A DNA stretch of 39,409 nt, taken from Octopus bimaculoides. Taxonomy: Eukaryota. Of this stretch, positions 1 to 11,551 are shown one piece after another; positions within the stretch are counted from its first letter, which is position 1, and each line of letters opens with the position of its first letter. The notes below the pieces were generated by a model. It was given only the letters and a program-made list of their open reading frames with translations. It made no database searches and had not been told where the DNA came from. A program made the translations under genes and the position numbers. Location: positions 18,211,308-18,250,716 of the forward strand of contig NC_068998.1 in assembly GCF_001194135.2 (NCBI RefSeq), written 5' to 3'.

Positions 1-145
1 TATATGTACATACACAGCAGCACAATTAACTTCACTTTCAATATTTCATCTCCACTTCATTTCTTTTAATGAAAAACACTAACAATATTTCAAGACAATT
101 AATCTCACCTTCCACGCAACATTCCAAACATCTAACTCATGACAT

Positions 146-290
146 TCTGGGTTCAAATTCTACCTAGGTCGGTCTTGCCTTTTGTCCTTTCAGGATTGAT
201 AAAATATGTACCAGGTGAGCAATGGGGCTGATGCAATCAGTTAACCCCCTCCCCTAAAACTGCTAGTCTTGAGTCAAAATTTGAAACTAT
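146..290 (+). mobile_element. SINE family 3 fragment
   Basis: ggttcaaattc...ttgccttttgtcctttcaggattgataaaatatgtacc...aaaatttgaaac. Confidence 0.7.
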
Positions 291-357
291 TTCTATTAAT
301 TCCAACAACCATGTAGGGACCACTCCTATACACTTGTTACAAAATAAATCTACTTAC

Positions 358-466
358 TTTAAAAGTTGCTGTTTCACCACTCTCACTGTTTAGCTTTTTA
401 AAAATTGCCTCTCCAGACTCTGGTCGCACTTCAATAAGACTGTGCATGAAGTTGACATGAATACCA
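358..466 (-). CDS. SQOR: SQOR internal exon (109 nt, phase 2-0)
   Basis: (R)GIHVNFMHSLIEVRPESGEAIFKKLNSESGETATFK, matching [26 protein letters not shown]. Acceptor acttcctctgtag, donor gtaagt. Phase fits the previous exon. Confidence 0.93.
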
Positions 467-623
467 CTACAGAGGAAGTAACACAAATAAAACATTATTC
501 TGCATGTAATGTAAGTAGTAAAGAACTATGTTAAAAATTACCAAAATTTAGCATAACCCACAACCACCACCATCATCATCATCATTATTATCTAACATCA
601 AGTTTCCCATGTTTTCCAGGATG

Positions 624-666
<43 letters not shown>

Positions 667-667
<1 letters not shown>

Positions 668-923
668 TCGTCATCGTTTAACATCCGCTTTCCATGCTAG
701 CATGGGTTGGACGATTTGACTGAGGACTGGTGAAACCAGATGGCTACACCAGGCTCCAATCTGATTTGGCAGTGTTTCTACAGCTGGATGCCCTTCCTAA
801 CACCAACCACTCAGAGAGTGTAGTGGGTGCTTTTACGTGTCACCCGCACGAAGGCCAGTCAGGTGGTACTGGCAACGGCCACGCTCATCTCGCTCGTGAA
901 ACCTCATGTGTCACCCGCACAAG
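667..923 (-). mobile_element. Retroposon family 4 ((GAT)n-tailed SINE or LINE 3' end)
   Basis: On minus: ...gttaggaagggcatccagctgtagaaac...catgctagcatggaaagcggatgttaaacgatgacgac. The same sequence recurs at 3177-3290, 19900-20030, 31777-32290, 32592-32722, 33100-33280 and 33806-34040. Confidence 0.8.
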
Positions 924-1596
924 NNNNNNNNNNNNNNNNNNNNNNNNNNNNNNNNNNNNNNNNNNNNNNNNNNNNNNNNNNNNNNNNNNNNNNNNNNNNN
1001 NNNNNNNNNNNNNNNNNNNNNNNNNNNNNNNNNNNNNNNNNNNNNNNNNNNNNNNNNNNNNNNNNNNNNNNNNNNNNNNNNNNNNNNNNNNNNNNNNNNN
1101 NNNNNNNNNNNNNNNNNNNNNNNNNNNNNNNNNNNNNNNNNNNNNNNNNNNNNNNNNNNNNNNNNNNNNNNNNNNNNNNNNNNNNNNNNNNNNNNNNNNN
1201 NNNNNNNNNNNNNNNNNNNNNNNNNNNNNNNNNNNNNNNNNNNNNNNNNNNNNNNNNNNNNNNNNNNNNNNNNNNNNNNNNNNNNNNNNNNNNNNNNNNN
1301 NNNNNNNNNNNNNNNNNNNNNNNNNNNNNNNNNNNNNNNNNNNNNNNNNNNNNNNNNNNNNNNNNNNNNNNNNNNNNNNNNNNNNNNNNNNNNNNNNNNN
1401 NNNNNNNNNNNNNNNNNNNNNNNNNNNNNNNNNNNNNNNNNNNNNNNNNNNNNNNNNNNNNNNNNNNNNNNNNNNNNNNNNNNNNNNNNNNNNNNNNNNN
1501 NNNNNNNNNNNNNNNNNNNNNNNNNNNNNNNNNNNNNNNNNNNNNNNNNNNNNNNNNNNNNNNNNNNNNNNNNNNNNNNNNNNNNNNNNNNNNNNN
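924..1596. other. Assembly gap (N)
   Basis: N run. Other gaps: 3747-4071, 15546-16245, 19688-19787, 20453-20462, 23132-23171, 30454-31350, 36963-37050. Confidence 1.
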
Positions 1597-1609
1597 CATC
1601 TAACTCATA

Positions 1610-1658
<49 letters not shown>

Positions 1659-2333
1659 CATGTATATATTTATACTAAGGGAGCAAGGGCATAAACAACC
1701 TATCTCTAGCATGCTTGAAATGCGGATACCTTCAAAGATTTCCTTAATATAATTATATACATATGTATATTATTAGTAATTTAACGTATAATTTGCATAT
1801 GAATTTTTATAGCATGCTGACTACTTGATAAAAACCATTAACTTGATTTTTATTTTCATATTCTATTATGAATTAATAAATAAATATATACGATGATGAT
1901 GATATTGTTGTATTTTGTTGTTTTTCTTTTTTTGCCAAATAAACACATGCACTGTATATTCGTTCTGCACTCGTTTATTACTGTTCTTATTAAATCTCTT
2001 ATTTGGTGTTTTTAAAGAGGCAAAATTGAAGGCGTCCAAATAAAAAGGACCAAAAGTTCAAATCTGCTGCCGGCATTCAGATGTTTCCGAAAAGAAAGGT
2101 TTATTCCACATCACTTCAGTGTCCCTAATCATATGCAATATATTACTGATCATATGAGAATATTCTGTGATAGACCACTATCCTGTCCAAGGAAAATGTT
2201 GCTTACTCACTTCACACAAGGGGAAACTAGAGAAACTGGTGTGGTTCCATCATGTTTAATGGGATCATTGCATGTAATATGAAAGAAACCCCAGTTGCTG
2301 AAATGAGATATTGTAAGCATATGCATAAACTTA

Positions 2334-2456
<123 letters not shown>

Positions 2457-2534
2457 CTAGACAATAAGAAAAAGTGACAAAAGGTTGGTAGATATGTAAG
2501 TGAGTGCATGTACGTGTGTGTGTGTGTGTGTATC

Positions 2535-2954
2535 TCTTTTACTCTTTTACTTGTTTCAGTCATTTTGACTGCGGCCATGCTGGAGCACCACCTTTAGTCG
2601 AGCAAATCAACCCCAGGACTTATTCTTTGGAAGCCTAGTACTTATTCTATCGGTCTCTTTTGCCGAACCGCTAAGTTACGGGGGTCGTAAACACACCACC
2701 ATCGGTTGTCAAGCAATGGTGGGGGGACAAACACAGAAACACAAACACATATATATATACATATATATACATATATATACATACATACATACGACGGGCT
2801 TCTTTCAGTTTCCATTTACCAAATCCACTCACAAGGCTTTGGTCGGCCTGAGGCTATAGTAGAAGACACTTGCCCAAGGTGCCACGCAGTGGGACTGAAC
2901 CCGGAACCATGTGGTTAGTAAGCAAGCTACTTACCACACAGCCACTCCTGCGCC
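2535..2954 (-). mobile_element. SINE family 1, full-length copy
   Basis: Reverse complement of the 37752-38180 element over its whole length. Confidence 0.9.
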
Positions 2955-3390
2955 TATATATAAGGTGAAGTATCTTATTTAAAAACAAGATGGCTGATGA
3001 GATGCAGCCTGCACTAAAGGATGCAACACAACTAGCTGTGCAATATCTTACCAGTAAAAGACAGATACAGGGAGGGTCGAAACAACTGTTGTGCTAAATA
3101 AAGATTCTTGCTAACTCCACTTTCCGTTTCCCTCATTTGTTATAAACCCAATGAACACTGTGGAATTCCAGAGAGCCAGGTTCTATATCTACTTTGGCAT
3201 GGTTTCTACATCTTGATGCCCTTCCTAATGCCAGCCACTTAACAGAGTGGACTGGGTGCTTTTAACGTAACATGAGCACCAGTGAGGCTACCAAGTACCC
3301 ACAAGATGATATCCCTCAACTGAGCAGAGTATGAGGCTGGAGGAATACGAAACTATGATAGACGAAGAGGAGCTGGTGTTTTGATGAGGA

Positions 3391-3527
3391 GGGGAGAAAG
3401 GGAGAGAGAAGAGAGAGAGAGAGAGAGGAGGGAGAGAGAAGAGAGAGGGAGAGAGAAGAGAGAGGGAGGAGAGCGAGAGAGGGAGGAGAGAAGAAAGGAG
3501 AGAGAGAGAGAAAAGTGAGAGAGAAAG
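3391..3527. repeat. GA-rich imperfect microsatellite (polypurine tract)
   Basis: About 135 nt of only G and A apart from one C. Confidence 0.9.
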
Positions 3528-3699
3528 AAATATATATGTGAGATCCACATATATACATGCACATACATGTATCCACACGTGTATATATGTATATACTTAT
3601 ATATATATACATAGATACACACACACACACATCCATATACAGATGGAGAGATAGATTTCATCCAAGAAATTTGGAATTGTGTAAATGTATGAATTTTAA

Positions 3700-3746
<47 letters not shown>

Positions 3747-4071
3747 NNNNNNNNNNNNNNNNNNNNNNNNNNNNNNNNNNNNNNNNNNNNNNNNNNNNNN
3801 NNNNNNNNNNNNNNNNNNNNNNNNNNNNNNNNNNNNNNNNNNNNNNNNNNNNNNNNNNNNNNNNNNNNNNNNNNNNNNNNNNNNNNNNNNNNNNNNNNNN
3901 NNNNNNNNNNNNNNNNNNNNNNNNNNNNNNNNNNNNNNNNNNNNNNNNNNNNNNNNNNNNNNNNNNNNNNNNNNNNNNNNNNNNNNNNNNNNNNNNNNNN
4001 NNNNNNNNNNNNNNNNNNNNNNNNNNNNNNNNNNNNNNNNNNNNNNNNNNNNNNNNNNNNNNNNNNNNNNN

Positions 4072-4310
4072 TGGAAGCCTAGTACTTATTCTATCGGTCT
4101 CTTTTGCCGAACCGCTAAGTTACGGAGACGTAAACACACCAGCATCGGTTGTCAAGTGATGTTGGGGGGACAAATACAGACACACAAACATATACACACA
4201 CATACACATATATACGATGGGCTTCTTTCAGTTTCCGTCTACCAAATCCACTCACAAGGCTTTGGTTGGCCCGAGGCTATAGTAGAAGACACTTGCCCAA
4301 GATGCCACGC
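4072..4310 (-). mobile_element. SINE family 1, partial copy (head missing, tail in gap)
   Basis: High similarity to 2628-2890. Confidence 0.85.
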
Positions 4311-4311
4311 A

Positions 4312-4368
<57 letters not shown>

Positions 4369-4685
4369 CACATATATATATGGTTCTCTGTGTGAGTTTG
4401 TAAGAATGTTCTTATGTATATGTCATCATTGTTCATATGATGCCAGTTCACTATACATTCAGTCAGAATTAGGTATTCGTCATGTTCTTTTGCTCTTATC
4501 CTTGTATTGGTTATAGTCACTGGACTGTAGTTATGCAAGGATACTACCATTTATGATGTAGTTGACTACATCAATTATTTCATAGATTAGATAAGAAATC
4601 AGGTAATTTCAACTGAAGTCCATACTTTATCAACAGATACTAATTCGATCGACCTCAAGAAGAGAAAAGGCTATTCTCATAATTA

Positions 4686-4988
<303 letters not shown>

Positions 4989-5063
4989 TTATATAACACC
5001 TCATAACATATAATATCTAATGCATGCTCATATTTCAGCTGAATTCTAGATTATGTTTGATAT

Positions 5064-5450
5064 TTGTTGTTGGCACACTGTCGCTTACGACGTCGAGGCT
5101 TCCAGTTGATCCGATCAACGGAACAGCCTGCTCGTGAAATTAATGTGAAAGTGGCTGAGCACTCCACAGACACGTGTACCCTTAACGTAGTTCTCGGGAT
5201 ATATTCAGCGTGACACAGGGTGACAAGGCTGACCCTTTGAATTACAGGCACAACGGAAACAGGAAGTAAGAGTGAGAGAAAGTTGTGGTGAAAGAGTACA
5301 GCAGGGTTCACCACCATCCCCTGCCGGAGCCTCGTGGAGCTTTAGGTGTTTTCGCTCAATAAACACTCACAACGCTCAGTCTGGGAATCGAAACCGCGAT
5401 CCTATGACCGCGAGTCCGCTGCCCTAACTACTGGGCCATTGCGCCTCCAC
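5064..5450 (-). mobile_element. tRNA-derived SINE family 2, full length with 12-bp TSD
   Basis: Head GGAGGCGCAATGGCCCAGTAGTTAGGGCAGCGGACTCGCGG...GGTTTCGATTCC, (CAA)n tail. TSD TATGTTTGATAT at 5052-5063 and 5451-5462. Confidence 0.93.
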
Positions 5451-5984
5451 TATGTTTGATATAAATAGCCTTAATCTGGCAATCACCCTGTGGACAGAAA
5501 ATGAAAGTACTTGTTCTCCAACAACGAATCTCTAGCGATGAAACTAGTTAGGATGAGTCCAATTTTTAATGTAATTTTTTTTTTTTTGTTCATGGAAAAT
5601 TATAAATATTTGTTTATATTTGTTTACATTTAGCAGCAAAGCATAATCATCATCATTGTTATCATCCTCGTCATTGTCATCATCATGTTTTAACACCTAC
5701 TTTGCCATGCTTGCATCAGTCAGATAAGATTCCACTGAGGTAGAATTTTCTACAGTTGGATGTCATCCCTGTTACTACCCTCACCTGTTTCCTAGCAGGT
5801 CAATGATTCCCTCAGGTTACCTAACAATGAACACTCTAGAGGACAGCAAAACAATGAAAAAAAACGATGCAATTCATATGTTTACAATCAGTGCACACAT
5901 GTCAAGATAGGGAAATAAACACTTAGTCATACATGCTTATGTGCACACACACACATATACACACACACAATGTGTGTGGGCATA

Positions 5985-6018
<34 letters not shown>

Positions 6019-6225
6019 CGCACGGTTGGCTCCATCTCCACTCTGAGCCTTTGTGATCAAGTAGGGTTATATATATAATCAGACACTCTGATTCAACAAA
6101 ATCCCTCTGACCCAGGCAAGCATGAAAAAGTGGATACTGAACCTTGCAATGTCATTCTAAAAGTAAATAATTGCATCTTCAAAATTTCTAAGCTACATGA
6201 TTAATTTTTTTTATATCTGTAGTAT

Positions 6226-6575
6226 GAAGGCACATGGTTCAGTGATTAGAGCACTGGGCTCACAATCATGAGGTAGTGAGTTCGATTCCTGGACCGGAAT
6301 TGAACTGTGTGTTGCGTTCTTGAGCAAGACACTTTATTTCACATTGCTCTAGTTCACTCAGTTGTAGAAATGAGTTGTGACATCACTGGTGCCAAGCTTT
6401 ATCAGCCTTTGCTTTTCCCTTGGATAACATCAGTGGCATGGAGAGAGAGAAAGTTGGTATGCATGGGCGATTGCTGGTCTTCCACAAACAACCTTTCTAG
6501 GACTTGTGCCCCAGAGGGGAACTTTCTAGGTGCTTCCTATGGTCAGTCATGACCAAAGGCGGTCTTTACCCTTTA
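6226..6575 (+). mobile_element. CORE-type SINE (family 5)
   Basis: tRNA head (TGGTTCAGTG; GAGTTCGATTCC) followed by gttcttgagcaagacactttatttcacattgctctagttcactcagttgtagaaatgagt, resembling the CORE domain of MIR-like SINEs. Confidence 0.75.
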
Positions 6576-6643
6576 TTTGACAGAGAAATCTGAATGCTAA
6601 AGGATTAAAAGATAATGGTGAACAAAAGTTGTTTATATATATA

Positions 6644-6913
6644 GAGGAGAAGTTTACATTTTTAACATCGACGATTCCTATGGATCGCATAAATTGTAAT
6701 TCTTCGAAACATGTGTCGGAATAAAGTATGCAGTTATAACATGCGTTTACTCCATTCCTTAAATTTTTATATATACTCAAATACCCAAAATATCAAGGAG
6801 TTTCTGCCTCACTAACAGGAATTACACCACAATTATTTTGTGATCTTTGCTACCTTGGTTTCTATTAACCCATTTATTCTATCCGAATTATTATTTATTA
6901 GGATAAAATAAAT

Positions 6914-6943
<30 letters not shown>
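6644..6943 (+). mobile_element. About 300-bp insert with long TSD, probable Penelope-like fragment
   Basis: 19-bp direct repeat ATAATGGTGAACAAAAGTT at 6612-6630 and 6944-6962. Ends in (TA)n. Contains a partial hammerhead core followed by AATAAA. Confidence 0.6.
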
Positions 6944-6948
<5 letters not shown>

Positions 6949-6958
6949 GGTGAACAAA

Positions 6959-6997
<39 letters not shown>

Positions 6998-7012
6998 AGA
7001 TATTATGCTTAC

Positions 7013-7066
7013 CCAGTCGAAGTTTAGTTGTAAACCTAAAGCAAGCACCAAATATTCATAATATAC
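7013..7066 (-). CDS. SQOR: SQOR internal exon (54 nt, phase 0-0)
   Basis: VYYEYLVLALGLQLNFDW, matching SQOR ISYRYLIIALGIQLDYEK. Acceptor tctttctatttcag, donor gtaagc. Fills exactly the missing segment between the flanking exons. Confidence 0.93.
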
Positions 7067-7170
7067 CTGAAATAGAAAGAAAATTCAAATGTTTTCAACA
7101 GAAACAAATAGTAATTCATAAGGTGGACTTTTAAATGTAACTGTTACTAGCATTATTGATAATCTGGTAA

Positions 7171-7393
7171 AAAGGTTGCAAGCTGGCAGAATCGTTAGCA
7201 CCCCAGGCAAAATGTTTACTGGCATTTCGTCCATCTTAACAGTCTAAGTTCAAATTCTGCTGAGGTTGACTTTGCCTTTCATCCTTTCAGGGTTGATAAA
7301 TTAAATACCAGTGAAACACTGGGGTCAATGTAACCAACTAACCCTGCCTCTCCTAAAATTTCAGGCCTTGTGTCTTTAGCAGGAAGGATTATT
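7171..7393 (+). mobile_element. SINE family 3 copy
   Basis: gctggcagaatcgttagc...gactttgcctttcatcctttcagggttgataaattaaatacc. Confidence 0.85.
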
Positions 7394-7866
7394 GATATCT
7401 AGTAATACAGTAGATATCAATAATGTTAGTATTACTGATATCAGTACCAAGTAAACTCTGAATGGTAGTTTTCCTTCACTGAGTAACAAACAGAAAAATC
7501 AAGCGATCAGTCAGTCACTGCAAGAATGGCTGTGATTATCAGTCTACTTAATCAGGTCTGACTTGGTCAATCCATGTTGTAGGAGTAAATCTGATAGATG
7601 GAAACTGTGTGGAAGCCTGTCATATATGTGCATGTGTCTATTTTATATGTGTACATGTTTGACTCTGCCACCTTATTGCCACTGTTTGACAACAGGTGTC
7701 AACTTCTTTATGTACCTGTAAGTCAGAGGTTCAACAAAAGCAGTGAATAAAAGAGTACCAGATTTAAAAAGTAAGTACTATGGTGAATTTGATTGACTAT
7801 ACACTTCCAGGCAGTGCCTCAACAAGGCTGAAACAAGTAAAAAAAGATAGAAGATATTGGAATATG

Positions 7867-7890
7867 TGGTGATGATGATGGTGATGATGA

Positions 7891-7924
<34 letters not shown>

Positions 7925-8008
7925 GGTGGTGGTGGTGGTGACGATGGCAATGGTGATAGTAGTGGAGATGATAATAATGGCATTGTTGCTGTTGTTGTTG
8001 TTGTTGTT
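7867..8008. repeat. Compound (GAT)n(GGT)n(GTT)n microsatellite
   Basis: Seen directly. Produces spurious poly-His/Thr/Ile ORFs. Confidence 0.9.
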
Positions 8009-8199
8009 CATTTTTAATTAAGTACACATAATAATTACCACTCCAGTAACTGCATCTTTTCAGAGTAAATTGTTACCCTAAATCAAGTTTGTGTTAGGAA
8101 GTATGTTCCATAATATCCTTCCTCCTTGAAAATTGGAACATCCTAATTCAGGATCCAATTAGCATTAGTTTGTCATGTTACCAAAACAAATACCGATTT

Positions 8200-8410
8200 C
8201 AAGTTTTGGCACAAGGCCAGTAATTTTGGGGGTGGGAGTAAATCAATTACATCAACCCCAATGCTTAACTGGTACTTATTTTATCAACCCCAAAAGGATG
8301 AAAGGCAATGTTGGCCTCAGCAGAATTTTGGACTCAGATCACAAAGATGGACAGAATGCCACTAAACCTTTTTACTCAGTGTGTTAATAATTCTGCCAGC
8401 TTGTCACCTT
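8200..8410 (-). mobile_element. SINE family 3 copy
   Basis: ggtacttattttatcaaccccaaaaggatgaaaggcaa (reverse of the central domain). Confidence 0.8.
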
Positions 8411-8440
8411 ACCAATACAAATATTGTTAATGGCGTTGAT

Positions 8441-8650
8441 AAAGTGGCAAGCAGACAGAGCATCTGAATAAATGTTTTGTAGCATTTCTTCCAGCTCTTT
8501 ATATCCTAAGTTCAAATACTGTAGAGGTTAACTTTGCCTTTCATCCTTTCTGGTTTGAATAAAATAAAGTACTAGCTCCAGTACTGGGATCAGTGCAACT
8601 GATTAATCCCACCCTCCCCTCAAAACGTTAGCCTTGAACGAAAACTTGAA
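8441..8650 (+). mobile_element. SINE family 3 copy, degenerate
   Basis: gttcaaatactgtagaggttaactttgcctttcatcctttc. Confidence 0.75.
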
Positions 8651-10213
8651 ACTATTAATGGCCTTAAAAGTTTATCGCTTAATTAATTAATGAACTTATG
8701 CTGAGCCATTAATTATAATGTTTTTTTGTGCTTTTGTGAAAGATTATCTGCTTCATTAAGTTTGAACAAAAATGTTTTACTTTGACTTCACAGTTGAGCA
8801 GTTAAAGTGAGGTAAGTTATCCAGCTGTAAAGATATTAGATACTCCAACAATACACGAGTTTTTTTCTCAAAATTTGTAAAAAAAATTCCTTCCATCCAG
8901 CCTAAGCAAGGACCAATAAATAACAACAAAGAAAAAAGGCAAAGTATAAATAAAACACCTAAAACAAAACAGTAGACTAAAGTAGCTTTGATGAGATGAA
9001 ATTTCTGAACCACATGGGTCAATGGTTCAGTTCAAGCTCTGAGCTATTTCCTCCACTGAATCTAGCATTAATAGTAATGTATGGTGAAGCTAATGCTCAT
9101 CTGAGGAGAGTTGATAAGACTAGAACATGTTCAATATATTCTCCCTTACTAGCTGAAATTATTAGAAAACTATTAATGATTGAGCTAATGTATCTTCTTT
9201 ATAATTATTATCTAATTATTTTTAATTATCTTCTTCATGCTTGCTATGTTAAATATCTTGATGATACATAGACTAGACATTGTATGGAGGCTCTAAACAT
9301 CTCACAGTATGAGCACAAAATAAAAGAAGAGATTTACAGACACATTCCACTCATCTCTACTACTGTTGCTCAGTGCAGGGTAAGCTTTGCTAGCCACTAC
9401 TGTCATGCTGGACAACAGGCCATATCAGATGTATTTTGGAGACATCCAAACTCTAACAGTGGATGAAAATCACTCAACTACATTAATATTATTGGCAGAG
9501 ATACATAATATGAAATGGAGGACCTTCCAAGACTAATGAGAACAGAAATTCCTAGTGTGGCTTGGTAGAATGCATCTCAGCTGCAGCCATTCAAAGACAA
9601 CATTAAATTTGTCAACATTAGTTTAACTTAAAAATAAAGTTGATTGAAAAAAGAAAAAATTCTAAGGCTCAATAAAGCAGCTTTGAACCTGATATTTTCT
9701 ATCGTTTGATTAACTTTTTAAATTATACATCTGTATTATTAAATGTCCAACATAAGGTCCAGCCCTTGTTGCAGTGTTGTGGCTTGTATACCTTAATGAC
9801 CCTGAGAGTCAGAACACAAGCTCCTAGTATGGTCTCCAATGCTGAACAACTCAAATGATAGATGCTCGACTAACACAGACCACCTCTTCCTAGAGATAAA
9901 AATGGATTTGCATAGGGCCAACATCCTATGTAGAATAAAGCAAAGTTAAAGAAGCATTGATTACAATTCAAAACTAACAAGGCCTGGGAGAAGAAGGTCT
10001 TCTCTTAGGGAAACATACACTTTAAAGATAGCAGGAAGCAAAATAATGAGGTAGTGCTGAAAAAAAAGCAGGGATCCAACTACAGAGAAGCAGAAAAGCC
10101 AGCCTAGAATGAAGGACAGTGAGGGGTGGGGGTGTCATTGACGGCTGATGTTTCATAAGGAATGAAGGGCTTAAGTAAATCATTATCAAACATAAAAGAA
10201 AACAACATTATAC

Positions 10214-10384
10214 CTTGCTGCCATCTTTGAGAGTGACAAAGTTGTTGTCGGGATCAAAGCCGACGACTGAATCGTTAATCCATTCACAATTTGGTGGTAT
10301 CACTGAAGCCATGGTTCTCTTGGAATCTTCTAGTTTTTTCAGTCCTCCGCCGACTAACGTCCATAATGGTTGATAGTAATGCTC
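10214..10384 (-). CDS. SQOR: Sulfide:quinone oxidoreductase, internal exon (171 nt, phase 0-0)
   Basis: Translates EHYYQPLWTLVGGGLKKLEDSKRTMASVIPPNCEWINDSVVGFDPDNNFVTLKDGSK, matching SQOR HFYQPIWTLVGAG...ASVIP..VEWI. Acceptor ttttattgacag, donor gtataa. Confidence 0.95.
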
Positions 10385-10635
10385 CTGTCAATAAAATGTG
10401 GGGAAAAAAAAATAATTAAAATTAAAATTCAGTTTTGTCAGATGTATATGACTGAATCATCACCACCATCAGTATCACCATCATCACCACTACCATCACT
10501 GAATCATTACCATCATCACTATCCCCCATACCACTACCTCCATATATTATCACCACCACCACCACCACCATATATCATCACTGCTGTGTACTATCGACAT
10601 ACACTGCATAAGTTAATGAGGAAGCCTTTATGAAA

Positions 10636-10820
10636 TCGTTTAACCTGCTAGAAGTAACAGCCAAATTTCCTTCAACTCACAGTCTACCATTTTAGTAAAG
10701 GAACACTACATAACATAGTCCTCGGTTCTCTGTACATAAGAAAAAAAGATGAGATGGTCATGGTAGGATACCTTTGATCATGAGTATACTAGATTGGGAT
10801 GGGCCTGAGGCTAAACAATA
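10636..10820. repeat. Unclassified dispersed repeat family 6
   Basis: ctagaaatagcagccaaat...atgcctttgatcata...gctaaaca motif also at 10905-11022 (inverted), 29065-29215, 29490-29645 (inverted), 34455-34615, 37455-37640 and 38675-38780. Confidence 0.65.
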
Positions 10821-11321
10821 CAGTCCTTCCTACTTTGAAACAGAAATATGAGACGTGAAACGTGGGGAAACAGAGTAACGTAGCCTTCATCGAACAGGCC
10901 TATGAGCAAACGCAGTCCAGCCTTGATCCTTCCGTTTCCAACAACTATACTACTCAACATTTCCATTGTAATTTGTGAGAGATTTGGCAGCTATTTCTAG
11001 CAGCCATGAAGAAGCCCTCTCGTTAAAGTTCTATAACCTAAGTTTCAAAATTTTTTCACTGCTAGAGTTACCTCCCTTTAATTTCGTTTCATAATAAACG
11101 CGATTCGATTTTTTGTTGTCAATTCTTATCGAGCAAAGTTACGATAAAAGACATCCCAATCGTGGCCATCCATTTTTTCCCCTTCTTTTTTAGCTATTGT
11201 GTATTAATGACTAGACTATACTATCCAGTATGTTCTTTCGGTTAATGAGACATTATTACCCGGAAACGAAAGCTAAAAAAAATTAGTGCAACGGGTGTAA
11301 AAAAAAAAGGGTGTAGGAAAC

Positions 11322-11427
11322 GAATATGAAAACAAAAACACGAGGAAAGCAACGGGGGTGGTAGTGGTGGGGAGGACTTCGGAAAATTCACAAGATCCGA
11401 GTTTTTCCCTCATAACTTTTAGGAAAA
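11322..11427. repeat. Segment shared with 39062-39163 (unclassified non-autonomous element)
   Basis: gaatatgaaaacaaaaa...ttcggaaaattcacaagatccga.tttt..ctcataacttttaggaaaa is present in both places. Confidence 0.75.
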
Positions 11428-11551
11428 TAGGTTTGTTTTTGTTTTTTTTTTTGTAATGAACAACCATGTACATGTATTTCAGTTTTGTAATAAGATATAA
11501 AAAAAACATTTTAATTCATTTAAGTTTTTTCCCATGGTTTAAACAAATTTG

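Noticed and set aside
730-1752. Long ORFs spanning N-gaps (also 3557-4159, 15416-16327, 30369-31528, 36848-37225)
   Set aside because: Their length comes from X residues across gaps. The real parts are SINE or microsatellite sequence.
3288-3745. Ser/Leu-, His/Thr- and Ile/Tyr-rich ORFs (also 4149-4550, 7778-8027, 17087-17331, 19988-20197)
   Set aside because: Translations of (GA)n, (CA)n, (TA)n and (GAT)n repeats.
5051-5317. Similar ORFs at 5051-5317, 21107-21310 and 35273-35476 that look like a small gene family
   Set aside because: They are the body of SINE family 2, with TSDs and inconsistent frames between copies.
5375-5450. tRNA-like sequence (also at about 21370-21444)
   Set aside because: SINE head: it continues into the repeat body with TSDs and has no proper acceptor stem, so it is not a tRNA gene.
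8793-8810. Good-looking plus-strand micro-exon (acceptor, 18 nt, gtaagt)
   Set aside because: Stop codons in all three frames and no supporting partner exons.
11345-11375. GGGSGG-coding stretch resembling the missing FAD-binding motif
   Set aside because: Wrong strand, no splice sites, and inside a repeat.
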